From: a virus
Lineage: Duplodnaviria > Heunggongvirae > Uroviricota > Caudoviricetes
Strand: one strand, 5' to 3'
DNA length: 35,636 bases
Virus record (IMG/VR): IMGVR_UViG_2718218358_000004
How positions within the stretch are numbered: the first letter of the stretch is position 1; each line of letters opens with the position of its first letter. The notes beneath the pieces were generated by a model. The model saw only the letters and a list, made by a program, of their open reading frames with translations, was not told where the DNA came from and made no database searches. This document shows, piece after piece, positions 20,068 to 31,730 of this stretch. A program made the position numbers and the translations under genes.

Positions 20068-21126
20068 TTACGCTCCGGTTTCGGCTGCGGCGGCGCTGAA
20101 ATCACCAATCTGGATGTTTTCCACCAGTGCGGCGCAGCGGTAGTCCTCAACCACATAGGCTTCATTAACGGATTCAAAGTTTTCAATCCGGTCACGTTTC
20201 GGGTTGTCGATAACTGAACGGCGGCGGGTGTCTTCCTGCCAGTAGATGGACAGGTTATCCAGACGGGTGATCAGCAGTGCATTCGGCGGGAAGAACGGCG
20301 CACGCACGGCCTGCAGGCCACCCATGCGTTTCTGACTGATGATCATATCGGCAGCCAGTTTTTCACTGTTTTCCTGCTCTTTGTTGACCAGCGGGAAATA
20401 CTTGTCAGACAACAGTTCACGACCGCAAATCACCACCAGATCGTCATCGTCCTGGTAGACCACGTCGATAAGCTCATTGACGGCATCCATCACCACGGCG
20501 TCCAGGTTGGCATATTCGCCACCTTTACCGACTTTCACCGCGCCCGGTGTGGTTTCACCGCCTGTGGTGGTGCTGCCCATGACGTGATCCGGTGCATCCT
20601 CACGGATTTTCTGCAGCCAGCCTTTGTTCACATCCTGCAGCAGCGGGTTTTCACTACGGTTGGAGGTTTTCGCACGCTTCACGCCGTTAAAGCCGATCAT
20701 GATGCGGTCCAGTGCCTGACGTTTCACGATGGCGTCACGGATACGCACCTGGAAATCCTGAAATTTCGCCCACAGGTCCAGCTTCGCGTAGGTCAGCACC
20801 GTGTCAAAGTTGGTCTGCTCGCATTTATATTCCACATCGACCATTAGCGTCGGATCGACAGGCTCACGCTCTTTTGCGGTGGTATCAGTGGTTCCGGCAA
20901 TGGTACTACCAACACCCAGCCCCAGCAGTTGACCGGACTGTTCAGTCACCGGGGTGACATTAATCAGCGTCAGGAAAGCGGCGGACTGCTGGATCTGGTC
21001 TTCCAGCGTCTGCTGCACGGACGGCTCCACGGTGAACTTGCTGGACAGCTCTTCAACTGCCACACCGTTCAGACGCGCCAGCTGCTGCAGGTAAGCGTTA
21101 AAAGCAAAGCGGGTATTCTTCTTCAT
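20068..21126 (-). CDS. N: major capsid protein N
   Basis: 352-aa ORF, P2 gpN size and position. Confidence 0.9.
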   Translation of the reverse strand: MKKNTRFAFNAYLQQLARLNGVAVEELSSKFTVEPSVQQTLEDQIQQSAAFLTLINVTPVTEQSGQLLGLGVGSTIAGTTDTTAKEREPVDPTLMVDVEYKCEQTNFDTVLTYAKLDLWAKFQDFQVRIRDAIVKRQALDRIMIGFNGVKRAKTSNRSENPLLQDVNKGWLQKIREDAPDHVMGSTTTGGETTPGAVKVGKGGEYANLDAVVMDAVNELIDVVYQDDDDLVVICGRELLSDKYFPLVNKEQENSEKLAADMIISQKRMGGLQAVRAPFFPPNALLITRLDNLSIYWQEDTRRRSVIDNPKRDRIENFESVNEAYVVEDYRCAALVENIQIGDFSAAAAETGA

Positions 21127-21142
21127 CAGGTTTTGTGCTCCA

Positions 21143-21976
21143 TCAGCAATTGGTCAGAGTGTCAGCGGGGGCGTTACCGCCTGTTGCACGCTGGCGGTAG
21201 TCCTGGCGGCTGTCTTCTTGACTCAGCTTATTCACCAGTTCGTTAAAGGCGGTCTGCTGTGCCTGCAGGGCAGTCTCCAGCTCAGACAGGCGTTCTTCCT
21301 GCTCAGACAGGGATTTTTCGGTGCGCGCACTCAGGTTCTGCTGCTCAGTGGCGACCAGTTCCACGGCCTTATGCACATCAGAGAACCGGGCGTCATCGGA
21401 CTGCTCTTTTTTGGTGAACAGCGCCGTGACACGGGCAAACAGGGACGGTTTGTCATCCTGGATTTCTTCCAGTTCGATCACCGTTTCCTCTGCAGCGGTA
21501 AAAAGATTGGCGGGATTCTGCTTGCGGTTTGCCAGCGGGTTATGGGCTGCACTGGCGCTGAATGTCAGCATTTCAGTGCCCAGACTGGCAGGGTCATCAG
21601 TGGCAGCCAGGCCGACCAGGTAGGCTTTGCCCGTATCAGCAAACTTCGGGCTGACTTCCATAGAGGTGAATAATTTCTGGCCTTTTTTCACCAGTTCCAC
21701 CAGTGATTCCGTTGGCTCAACGTCGGCATACAGTGCCATCTTGCCCGCCAGCGGACCCTCCGTGATTTCTTCAGCAAACAGCGCCGTCACCTTGCCGTAA
21801 CGGTTAAAGGTGCTGTCCGGCAGATAAGACTTGATGTGCTCAAGGTTAATCAGCGCGGTATACACCGCCGGGTTGTAGCTGGCTGCCATCTGTTCCAGCC
21901 ATTCACGCTGGATTTCGCGTCCGTCGGTGGTGGCACCTTCCACCCCGATGCGAAAACGCTTTGTTTTCACTGTCAT
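21143..21976 (-). CDS. O: capsid scaffolding protein O
   Basis: 277-aa ORF with coiled-coil C-terminus, head of O-N-M-L operon. Confidence 0.85.
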   Translation of the reverse strand: MTVKTKRFRIGVEGATTDGREIQREWLEQMAASYNPAVYTALINLEHIKSYLPDSTFNRYGKVTALFAEEITEGPLAGKMALYADVEPTESLVELVKKGQKLFTSMEVSPKFADTGKAYLVGLAATDDPASLGTEMLTFSASAAHNPLANRKQNPANLFTAAEETVIELEEIQDDKPSLFARVTALFTKKEQSDDARFSDVHKAVELVATEQQNLSARTEKSLSEQEERLSELETALQAQQTAFNELVNKLSQEDSRQDYRQRATGGNAPADTLTNC

Positions 21977-22054
21977 GAGCCGTGCTCCGTTAGAAAAAAC
22001 TTACTGGAGCCTTATGGTTGCGGTGATGGGGGCAGTGAAACAATGCGCGGTATT

Positions 22055-22072
22055 TGTACCGACAACCACACA
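22055..22072. promoter_or_regulatory. TGT-N12-ACA dyad, candidate Ogr-dependent late promoter element (O/P divergent region)
   Basis: tgtaccgacaaccacaca in the O-P intergenic region, centred about 87 nt from the O start codon. Confidence 0.5.
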
Positions 22073-22118
22073 AACCGCAGGCGGGGAAAGCCTTCATTCA
22101 AGGCTGTAGGTTTGTGCC

Positions 22119-23885
22119 ATGAACACCACACTGACACCCGCAGATCTCGATCCCCGTCGGCAGGCCATGCTGCTGTACTTTCAGGGATACCGCGTAGCCC
22201 GCATTGCTGAAATGCTGGGCGAGAAAGTTGCAACCGTTCACAGCTGGAAAAAACGCGATAAGTGGGGTGACTATGGGCCGCTGGATCAGATGCAGCTCAC
22301 CACCGCCGCACGCTACTGCCAGCTCATTATGAAGGAGCACAAAGAAGGGAAAGATTTCAAAGAGATTGACCTGCTGGCGCGCCAGTCGGAACGCCACGCG
22401 CGGATCGGCAAGTTTAACAATGGCGGCAACGAAGCCGACTTAAACCCTAACGTCGCCAACCGCAACAAAGGCCCACGCCGGCAGCCGGAAAAGAACGTTT
22501 TCACCGATGAACAGATTGAGAAGCTGGAAGAAATTTTCCATTCCTCCATGTTCAACTACCAGCGCCACTGGTGGGAAGCCGGAAAAACCAACCGCATCCG
22601 CAACCTGCTGAAGTCACGCCAGATCGGCGCGACCTTTTACTTTGCCCGTGAAGCCCTGATTGACGCCCTGCTTACCGGACGTAACCAGATTTTCCTTTCC
22701 GCCAGTAAGGCACAGGCCCACGTCTTTAAACAGTACATCATCGACTTCGCCAAAGAAGTGGAGGTGGAGCTGAAAGGCGATCCGATGGTGCTTCCCAACG
22801 GGGCCACTCTTTACTTCCTCGGCACCAATGCCCGCACGGCCCAGAGTTACCACGGCAACCTGTATCTGGATGAATATTTCTGGATACCGAAATTCCAGGA
22901 GCTGCGCAAAGTGGCTTCCGGTATGGCTATTCACAAAAAATGGCGACAAACCTATTTTTCCACGCCATCCAGCCTGACACACAGTGCTTATCCGTTCTGG
23001 TCCGGTGCGCTGTTCAACCGAGGGCGCAATAAAGCCGATAAGGTGGACATCGACCTGTCCCACAGCAATCTGGCCCCCGGCCTGCTGTGCGCAGACGGGC
23101 AATATCGCCAGATAGTCACCGTGGAAGATGCGGTGCGCGGCGGCTGCAACCTGTTCGACCTTGACCAGTTGCGCATGGAGTACAGCCCGGACGAATACCA
23201 GAACCTGCTGATGTGCGAGTTTGTGGACGATCTCGCGTCCGTGTTTCCGCTCAGCGAGCTGCAGGCGTGCATGGTGGACAGTTGGGAAGTCTGGACCGAC
23301 TTTCATGCACTGGCCCTTCGCCCGTTTGGGTGGCGCGAAGTGTGGATCGGTTATGACCCGGCAAAAGGTACGCAGAACGGCGACAGCGCCGGATGCGTGG
23401 TGGTGGCACCGCCAGCCGTGCCGGGCGGTAAGTTCCGTATTCTTGAGCGCCACCAGTGGCGCGGTATGGACTTCCGCGCCCAGGCGGACGCCATCAAAAA
23501 ACTGACCGAACAGTACAACGTGACATATATCGGCATCGACTCGACGGGTGTCGGTCACGGGGTTTATGAGAACGTGAAAGCGTTTTTTCCAGCCGTCCGG
23601 GAGTTTGTCTACAACCCCAACGTTAAAAACGCCCTGGTACTCAAGGCCTACGACATTATCAGCCACCGCCGTCTGGAGTTTGACGCCGGGCACACCGACA
23701 TTGCGCAGTCATTCATGGCAATCCGTCGCGCCACCACCGCCAGCGGCAACCGCCCGACCTATGAAGCCAGCCGCAGCGAAGAAGCCAGCCACGCCGATCT
23801 GGCCTGGGCAACGATGCACGCATTGTTTAACGAACCGCTGCAGGGCGAATCCGCCAATACCAGCAATATTGTGGAGATTTTTTGA
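22119..23885 (+). CDS. P: terminase large (ATPase) subunit P
   Basis: 588-aa ORF divergent from O, P2 gpP size and position. Confidence 0.9.
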   Translation: MNTTLTPADLDPRRQAMLLYFQGYRVARIAEMLGEKVATVHSWKKRDKWGDYGPLDQMQLTTAARYCQLIMKEHKEGKDFKEIDLLARQSERHARIGKFNNGGNEADLNPNVANRNKGPRRQPEKNVFTDEQIEKLEEIFHSSMFNYQRHWWEAGKTNRIRNLLKSRQIGATFYFAREALIDALLTGRNQIFLSASKAQAHVFKQYIIDFAKEVEVELKGDPMVLPNGATLYFLGTNARTAQSYHGNLYLDEYFWIPKFQELRKVASGMAIHKKWRQTYFSTPSSLTHSAYPFWSGALFNRGRNKADKVDIDLSHSNLAPGLLCADGQYRQIVTVEDAVRGGCNLFDLDQLRMEYSPDEYQNLLMCEFVDDLASVFPLSELQACMVDSWEVWTDFHALALRPFGWREVWIGYDPAKGTQNGDSAGCVVVAPPAVPGGKFRILERHQWRGMDFRAQADAIKKLTEQYNVTYIGIDSTGVGHGVYENVKAFFPAVREFVYNPNVKNALVLKAYDIISHRRLEFDAGHTDIAQSFMAIRRATTASGNRPTYEASRSEEASHADLAWATMHALFNEPLQGESANTSNIVEIF

Positions 23886-24910
23886 TGGGAAAGAGTAAGA
23901 AAAACCGCGCTGCGGCGACGAATCAGCTCAAGCATAAAAGCCAGACTTCAGCCGAAGCATTCAGCTTCGGTGATCCCGTTCCTGTACTTGACCGCCGCGA
24001 ACTGCTGGACTATGTGGAATGCGTACAGACAGATCGCTGGTATGAGCCTCCTGTCAGCTTTGACGGACTGGCGCGCACCTTCCGCGCTGCCGTGCATCAC
24101 AGTTCACCAATTGCGGTGAAATGCAACATTCTGACCAGCACCTACATCCCTCACCCGCTGCTCAGCCAGCAGGCTTTTTCGCGTTTTGTACAGGACTATC
24201 TGGTTTTTGGTAACGCCTACCTGGAAAAACGCACGAACCGCTTCGGAGAGGTCATCGCTCTTGAGCCTGCGCTGGCAAAATACACCCGACGCGGGTTAGA
24301 CCTAGATACCTACTGGTTTGTGCAATACGGTATGACAACCCAGCCGTATCAGTTCACGAAAGGCAGCATCTTTCATCTGTTGGAACCGGACATCAACCAG
24401 GAGATCTACGGCCTGCCCGGTTATCTTTCTGCCATTCCGTCAGCTCTGCTCAACGAGTCCGCCACGCTGTTCCGCCGCAAGTATTACATTAACGGCAGTC
24501 ATGCAGGCTTCATCATGTACATGACCGATGCTGCGCAGAACCAGGAGGATGTGAACAACCTCCGCAATGCGATGAAAAGCGCCAAAGGACCAGGTAACTT
24601 CCGCAATCTGTTTATGTACTCGCCTAACGGCAAAAAGGACGGACTTCAGATCATCCCATTGTCAGAAGTCGCGGCGAAGGATGAGTTTCTGAATATCAAA
24701 AATGTCAGCCGCGATGACATGATGGCAGTGCATCGTGTGCCACCGCAAATGATGGGGATTATGCCGAATAATGTTGGGGGGTTTGGGGATGTGGAAAAAG
24801 CGAGTTTAGTGTTTGTGAGGAACGAATTAATACCCTTACAGAAAAGGATGCAGGAATTAAATAAATGGCTTGAAGATAATATATTACAATTCAAACCATA
24901 TAAATTTTAA
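23882..24910 (+). CDS. Q: portal protein Q
   Basis: 342-aa ORF overlapping P stop; last ~30 codons are AT-rich. Confidence 0.9.
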   Translation: MMGKSKKNRAAATNQLKHKSQTSAEAFSFGDPVPVLDRRELLDYVECVQTDRWYEPPVSFDGLARTFRAAVHHSSPIAVKCNILTSTYIPHPLLSQQAFSRFVQDYLVFGNAYLEKRTNRFGEVIALEPALAKYTRRGLDLDTYWFVQYGMTTQPYQFTKGSIFHLLEPDINQEIYGLPGYLSAIPSALLNESATLFRRKYYINGSHAGFIMYMTDAAQNQEDVNNLRNAMKSAKGPGNFRNLFMYSPNGKKDGLQIIPLSEVAAKDEFLNIKNVSRDDMMAVHRVPPQMMGIMPNNVGGFGDVEKASLVFVRNELIPLQKRMQELNKWLEDNILQFKPYKF

Positions 24911-24918
24911 CGAAAAAT

Positions 24919-24947
24919 CAGCCTTAGCGTTCATAACGTTAGGGCTG
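24919..24947. terminator. hairpin between convergent Q and RT genes (candidate bidirectional terminator)
   Basis: 13-bp stem (with two G-U pairs on the plus-strand RNA) and 3-nt loop, 24919-24947; U-run follows on the minus-strand transcript. Confidence 0.45.
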
Positions 24948-24951
24948 TTCA

Positions 24952-26898
<1,947 letters not shown>

Positions 26899-26950
26899 TC
26901 AACTTTCTGTTTTCCAGAAGTATTTTGGCTATTTTCGGTGATAGCGCGCG

Positions 26951-26969
26951 CTCGTATCCCCGCCACGCC
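26951..26969 (-). other. candidate cos (cohesive end) site
   Basis: Minus strand reads GGCGTGGCGGGGATACGAGCGCGCGC; first 13 nt match the P2/186 cohesive-end sequence as I remember it (GGCG[A/T]GGCGGGGA), followed by a GCGCGC element also recalled from P2. Confidence 0.45.
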
Positions 26970-27348
26970 TGCCCGCTTTATGCAGTGGTTTTCATGCACA
27001 TGCATGACATGAGCAAAAGCCCGCCAGTTCTGGCGGATCTGAGCAAAGACGATCCTCAATCGATCATGCGATTTCATGCAGCATAGTCATGCACTGTCAA
27101 GGAAGTGAAAATCCGTATCTGAATGGCCACTTGAAAAACGGATCATACGGGTTTACAAAGATGAATGTTCGCTGTGAACGGGAAGCGGAAGTTAACTTTC
27201 AGATAACATAATCCATATGCACGAGAACCTCTAAAATAGAATGGGACACCTAAGCGGGGTACTTACAACGATTCTTTCCATATTCACAGTTAACACTCTG
27301 TTTGGCGTATTTTTATTCAAATAGCAAACACCAATAAAAGGAGTTTCC

Positions 27349-27684
27349 ATGAACAATATTCCCCCTATACCACAGTTAGGAATTTATGTCTCAAAAATCG
27401 ATCCCACCCTACGTATCACTGTAACCGATGTTGATATTGTTGATGGTGAGGATGATTCTCCTGATGATGAATTGTTTTATTTAGTCCACTGGATCGAGGG
27501 GGAAGATGAAAGTGATATGACAGCAATGGGATTTGAGCTAGACCCAGTAGAGTGGCAGGCTTTCGTTGAATCTGAGCAATTAGTGTTTGAGCGTGATCCG
27601 TACATGGATTCAATCCCCGAAAATTCAAACTTGGCAAAGATTCGGGATTTTCTCATGAAGACTAAACAGAATGATCATTCGTAA
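27349..27684 (+). CDS. hypothetical acidic protein (orphan accessory gene)
   Basis: 111-aa ORF with strong Shine-Dalgarno (aaaggag, 7-nt spacer), AT-rich, about one quarter Asp/Glu; opposite orientation to flanking phage genes. Confidence 0.6.
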   Translation: MNNIPPIPQLGIYVSKIDPTLRITVTDVDIVDGEDDSPDDELFYLVHWIEGEDESDMTAMGFELDPVEWQAFVESEQLVFERDPYMDSIPENSNLAKIRDFLMKTKQNDHS

Positions 27685-27838
27685 GTGTAAGCATCCATCA
27701 GGAAAATGGTTTTGTAAGTGAATCATCAACTTTTAGAGAGTCTCAGACACTCCCACTTCTGCTTCTGACACAAAGCGGACGATCACTTATCAAAATAACC
27801 GCCCACCTTACGCCTTATTTCACTCATTGCCCAAACTA

Positions 27839-27868
27839 GCCCCCATCAGAATGAATCCTCCTGGGGGC
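27839..27868. terminator. possible hairpin between convergent acidic ORF and DinI-like gene
   Basis: 7-bp GC-rich stem gccccca/tgggggc with 16-nt loop; weak U-run. Confidence 0.3.
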
Positions 27869-27876
27869 AACATTTC

Positions 27877-28110
27877 TTAATGCAGCCAGCTGTCGTCCTC
27901 CCACACCTTCTGCATAATTTTCATCACTTGTTTTCTTTCTTCATCCAGTTGCAGTCCGGTTAGTTCCACACCGTTAGAGCTACCTTTGCGAATGCGAATT
28001 ACCGTTTTGGGATACAGGGGGCGCAGATTGCGGTAAAGCTCGGATTCAAGTGCGTCCAAGGTAGACTGGCTAATCTTCTGCTCTTTATCGATCATTATTT
28101 CAATGCGCAT
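27877..28110 (-). CDS. DinI-like protein
   Basis: 77 aa from MRIEIM; pattern matches E. coli DinI (MRIEV...LxxELxxR...WExxDxW) as remembered. Confidence 0.7.
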   Translation of the reverse strand: MRIEIMIDKEQKISQSTLDALESELYRNLRPLYPKTVIRIRKGSSNGVELTGLQLDEERKQVMKIMQKVWEDDSWLH

Positions 28111-28120
28111 AAAAGTCACC

Positions 28121-28309
28121 TCAGCTGATGACATCCATTGAGCGGTTGTATTCGTGGCTTCTGATTTTTGCCATGAGTTCATCAGTCAATTCAGAAACCC
28201 ACTGCAGAGCCAGCCCCTTCTCTTCATCACTACACTCACTAGCCGCTACAAGCTTAAGAAAAAAATCAATGCGCTGGAGCTTCAAAGACTCCAAAAAATA
28301 GTCCTGCAT
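28121..28309 (-). CDS. small protein, first gene of LexA-box operon (possible Tum-like antirepressor N-terminal part)
   Basis: 62-aa ORF directly downstream of a LexA box and 10 nt upstream of the DinI-like gene. Confidence 0.45.
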   Translation of the reverse strand: MQDYFLESLKLQRIDFFLKLVAASECSDEEKGLALQWVSELTDELMAKIRSHEYNRSMDVIS

Positions 28310-28351
28310 CTTTCCTCCTATGACACCAAAACAATACTGTATACATAACCA

Positions 28352-28367
28352 CTGTTTATATTTACAG
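28352..28367. promoter_or_regulatory. LexA box (SOS operator)
   Basis: CTGTTTATATTTACAG = CTGT-N8-ACAG consensus, 43 nt upstream of the 62-aa ORF start. Confidence 0.65.
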
Positions 28368-28461
28368 TATATAATAATCTTACTGATGTAAAACGTTTTT
28401 TTACGTTCATCGGCCTGATATGCCTGGTATTATTAAGAGCACGAATTGTTAACCCGCGTAA

Positions 28462-30882
28462 TTAATACAGGTTCCGCCACTTATCATCTTCCCTCAGACG
28501 CTGGTTCCGATAGAAGATACGCAGGCCTGCTCCTGACGGAATACTGCCGCCGCGAAGGAGCAAATCGACTTCTTTCTCGCTGCCATCAAATCCCCTGGAC
28601 TTCAGTTCATAGACGAGCTGCTGTCGCTGATGGTCTGTAATTCGCTGTTTGTAGTCTTTACGCCGTTTCGGTTTCACCTGGCGTAACCTTGCAGCCAGTT
28701 CCCGGCGCTCTTTTTTGCTCATACTGTGCAGGTAATCGTGCAACTCCTTGTCATTCATACGGGTAATATCCGTTCTGGAGTCCCCATCAGCTGATTTGTC
28801 TTTCCCTTGTTGGTTCAAATTTTCAGCAAGGGGACAGTTATTGCCACGAGTCCAAGGGGCGCAAGCGCCCTGGTCGGCTGCCGCCTCCTGAACGTCAACG
28901 GCCTTACGAACCATTTTCCACTTCACCGCATGAGTGCAGATCTTGCCCTCTGCAATGGGTGACCAGATGCCATAAATACGAATACCGTGATCGCCATATG
29001 CGGTCGGTTCTTCGTTGATTTCATAAGCAGTTCTGATGAGGTGATATTTGCGGGGAACCAGTACGCCGCCCTGCTTCATGATGTAGGTGGCAAAACAACC
29101 AGCATCAGCAGCAGCCAGGATTGCATCAAGGCGCGGGTTATCCAGTACCGGCGCACCTGCTTTTTTGTCACCCTGTTGCCTTGCCGCCTGACCAGCCAGC
29201 AATCGCAGTTCACGGTAAGCCTGACGCCCCGGAATGCCAAAGAAGCGGAATTGCTGAACACGATGCAGAGACGCCCAAGCATTAACGTATTCAGCGTTAT
29301 CACGCAGGGATTTACCCGTTTCCTTGCTGATCTCCCCAGCCAGACCACGCCCGTCAATGTTCTTACTGATGTATTTCGCGATATAGCTTGTTGGCGTACC
29401 TTTGCGCGGGTTTATCAGCTCAGACTTAAAGCGTGGTCCCGTGTTATTGCCCAGCTCCTCGCGGTCTTCACGGATGGCAAACTTACGCAGTAATGCAGTG
29501 ATGGCGCGGCGGTCTTTTTTACGCATGAAACACATGAGATGCCAGTGCACAGTACCGTCATGATGCGGCTCAGCTACCCGCACGCCATACCAGCGCAACT
29601 CGGCTTTATGCATAGCCTTACGAAATGCAGCAAACATGCCGACCAGATAATCGCTACTTTGTCTTACCGTCGCGTTTGTCCAGGTCGGGTTTGGTCTGCC
29701 GTTATTGAGCGTGGAATGGAAACGCGACGGACAGGTGATAGTGTAGAAAACGGCACAGTCACTGCGCATTTCCGCGATAAGCTCCAGACCTTTAACACAG
29801 GCCATCATCTCATTGCGGCGATGCGCCGGGTTGCTGCTGCTGGCGTTTACCACATCTTCCATATCCAGCGTGTCGCCGTCTTCGTTCACCAGTTCATGAG
29901 AACGAAAAAACTCCAGCGACTTACGGCGCTGCTCACGTTTATGCATCACGGCTTCATAGCTGACATAGGGGGATGCTTTTTTGCTGACCAGGCAGACAGC
30001 ACGCAACTGCTCTTCCCGCCATTCGCAACGCATCTTCCATAATTTCCGATACCACCAGTCGGCACACAACATACGCGCCAGCGAACCCGGGATGAGTTCA
30101 TAGGGCACTGGTTTGCGGCGGTTTCTTTTCCGACGAAGTTTCTCAAACGCAGGCGGGATAACATCCAGACGCAGGGTTTCCGCTGCCACCTTTTCCCATG
30201 TCTTGCGGATTTCTTCTGGCTTAACGTCATCGGTGGCATACAAATCACCACAAGCGTCCTCAAGACACATGCTCATATGCGCTGCTACCAGGGTGGACAG
30301 GCGTTTCACCTGATCCTGGCTCATTTCAGGCAGGATCAGCAGCCCCTCCAGCCCTTGATGGCTTGCCATAAAACGGAAAGAAACAGATAGCTGACTGTCA
30401 CGTACACAATCCAGTCGCTCCAGACATGGCTTAATCGTCTCACGCAAATAGCGGGAATAAGCCTTTGGCCTGCCCAGGCTGCTGAAGTATTCAATACGTT
30501 GCATCAGCGGCTTGCTGATATGGGAAGGCTGGGCGTTTACGTCCGCCAGAATGACCATGTCCGGATTAAAACGCTGCTGCTCATGCGCCAGCTTTGCCCG
30601 GCTAATGAGCTTATCCTGCTCCATTTCGCGCTGGACAGGATCACGGGATTCATTAAAGAAATAACGCTCCCAGACCTGCTCACTCAGTGCCTCGCGGCGC
30701 AGTTGTTCCTGCTCGTTATCGGCAGCGTACAGAGTGATCAGGTTTGAAAGTGCAGACTCCGGCGCAACTTCCGCCGGGTCCAGATAAGGGTTAATGGCCT
30801 TTTTCGAGCCGTTCCATGAAAATGCTGCGGCGGCCTCGTTAAAGCCGCTGCAATTGTTCATATCGTCATGACTCATACACAC
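28462..30882 (-). CDS. A: replication initiation endonuclease A (rolling-circle initiator)
   Basis: 806-aa ORF at P2 gpA position with P2 A-like size; start may be a few codons internal. Confidence 0.85.
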   Translation of the reverse strand: MCMSHDDMNNCSGFNEAAAAFSWNGSKKAINPYLDPAEVAPESALSNLITLYAADNEQEQLRREALSEQVWERYFFNESRDPVQREMEQDKLISRAKLAHEQQRFNPDMVILADVNAQPSHISKPLMQRIEYFSSLGRPKAYSRYLRETIKPCLERLDCVRDSQLSVSFRFMASHQGLEGLLILPEMSQDQVKRLSTLVAAHMSMCLEDACGDLYATDDVKPEEIRKTWEKVAAETLRLDVIPPAFEKLRRKRNRRKPVPYELIPGSLARMLCADWWYRKLWKMRCEWREEQLRAVCLVSKKASPYVSYEAVMHKREQRRKSLEFFRSHELVNEDGDTLDMEDVVNASSSNPAHRRNEMMACVKGLELIAEMRSDCAVFYTITCPSRFHSTLNNGRPNPTWTNATVRQSSDYLVGMFAAFRKAMHKAELRWYGVRVAEPHHDGTVHWHLMCFMRKKDRRAITALLRKFAIREDREELGNNTGPRFKSELINPRKGTPTSYIAKYISKNIDGRGLAGEISKETGKSLRDNAEYVNAWASLHRVQQFRFFGIPGRQAYRELRLLAGQAARQQGDKKAGAPVLDNPRLDAILAAADAGCFATYIMKQGGVLVPRKYHLIRTAYEINEEPTAYGDHGIRIYGIWSPIAEGKICTHAVKWKMVRKAVDVQEAAADQGACAPWTRGNNCPLAENLNQQGKDKSADGDSRTDITRMNDKELHDYLHSMSKKERRELAARLRQVKPKRRKDYKQRITDHQRQQLVYELKSRGFDGSEKEVDLLLRGGSIPSGAGLRIFYRNQRLREDDKWRNLY

Positions 30883-31730
30883 ACTCCGTACACGGCAGAA
30901 CTATCCACGCCACGCGAAGGATCAAATCCCAACCAGCAGCTCGGCCCGGAAACAGCAATGATTTCTGTTGCAGATTTACCCTCGCCAGCTGACACGCCGA
31001 TGCTGCGTTTTGCCTTGATATAGTGGTGAGTAAAATTGCGATACAGCGAACGAATCAGGGATGTGTCATTGTTAGAAACAATGACCGGATGTCCTTCTGA
31101 TGACCGATGTTCAAGAATGGATGCCAGGTGATACTGGTCATCTTCAGTGAAACCATCAGTGTGATAGCCGGAAAACGTACCGTCATACGGCGGATCGCAA
31201 TACACCACATCCTCCACCTGCAGCATCGCCAGCGTTTCATCAAAGCTCGCGCAGATAAACGTTGCCCGCTGGGCTTTCTCTGCAAATGCGCGAATTTCTT
31301 TTTCAGGGAAATACGGATTTTTATAATTACCGTAGGGAATGTTGAAATACCCGCTCTTGTTATAGCGACATAAACCACGGTAACCGTGACGATTGAGATA
31401 CAGGAAATATATCGCCTTCATGAAATCAGTAATTTCAGTTGAGTAATTAAACTCCTGTCTTATGTTGTAATAAGCCAGCTCACTGTTTGCTTCCTCAAAT
31501 AAAACTTTGGCACGAGATATAAACGCTTCGCAATCAGCGGCAATCTTTTTATAGAGGTTGATTAAATCAGGATTAATATCCGCAACCAGATAGCTGGGGT
31601 AATCCGTCGCCATCATCACAGCACAAGAACCCGCGAAAGGTTCAACCAGTCGCGGGCCAGCAGGAAGGTATTTTTTCAGTTCGGACATAATGGCGGTTTT
31701 ATTACCCGCCCATTTCAGGATGGTGCTCAT
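30873..31730 (-). CDS. dam: DNA adenine methyltransferase (Dam family)
   Basis: 285 aa from [11 protein letters not shown]; motifs [36 protein letters not shown] closely resemble E. coli Dam as remembered. Confidence 0.85.
   Translation of the reverse strand: MSTILKWAGNKTAIMSELKKYLPAGPRLVEPFAGSCAVMMATDYPSYLVADINPDLINLYKKIAADCEAFISRAKVLFEEANSELAYYNIRQEFNYSTEITDFMKAIYFLYLNRHGYRGLCRYNKSGYFNIPYGNYKNPYFPEKEIRAFAEKAQRATFICASFDETLAMLQVEDVVYCDPPYDGTFSGYHTDGFTEDDQYHLASILEHRSSEGHPVIVSNNDTSLIRSLYRNFTHHYIKAKRSIGVSAGEGKSATEIIAVSGPSCWLGFDPSRGVDSSAVYGVCV

Noticed and set aside
22614-23693. 359-aa minus-strand ORF
   Set aside because: Entirely antisense to terminase gene P; no plausible start context; composition typical of an antisense artefact
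28337-28352. Possible second LexA box (CTGTATACATAACCAC) overlapping the first
   Set aside because: The right half-site is CCAC rather than ACAG; only the 28352-28367 box fits the consensus
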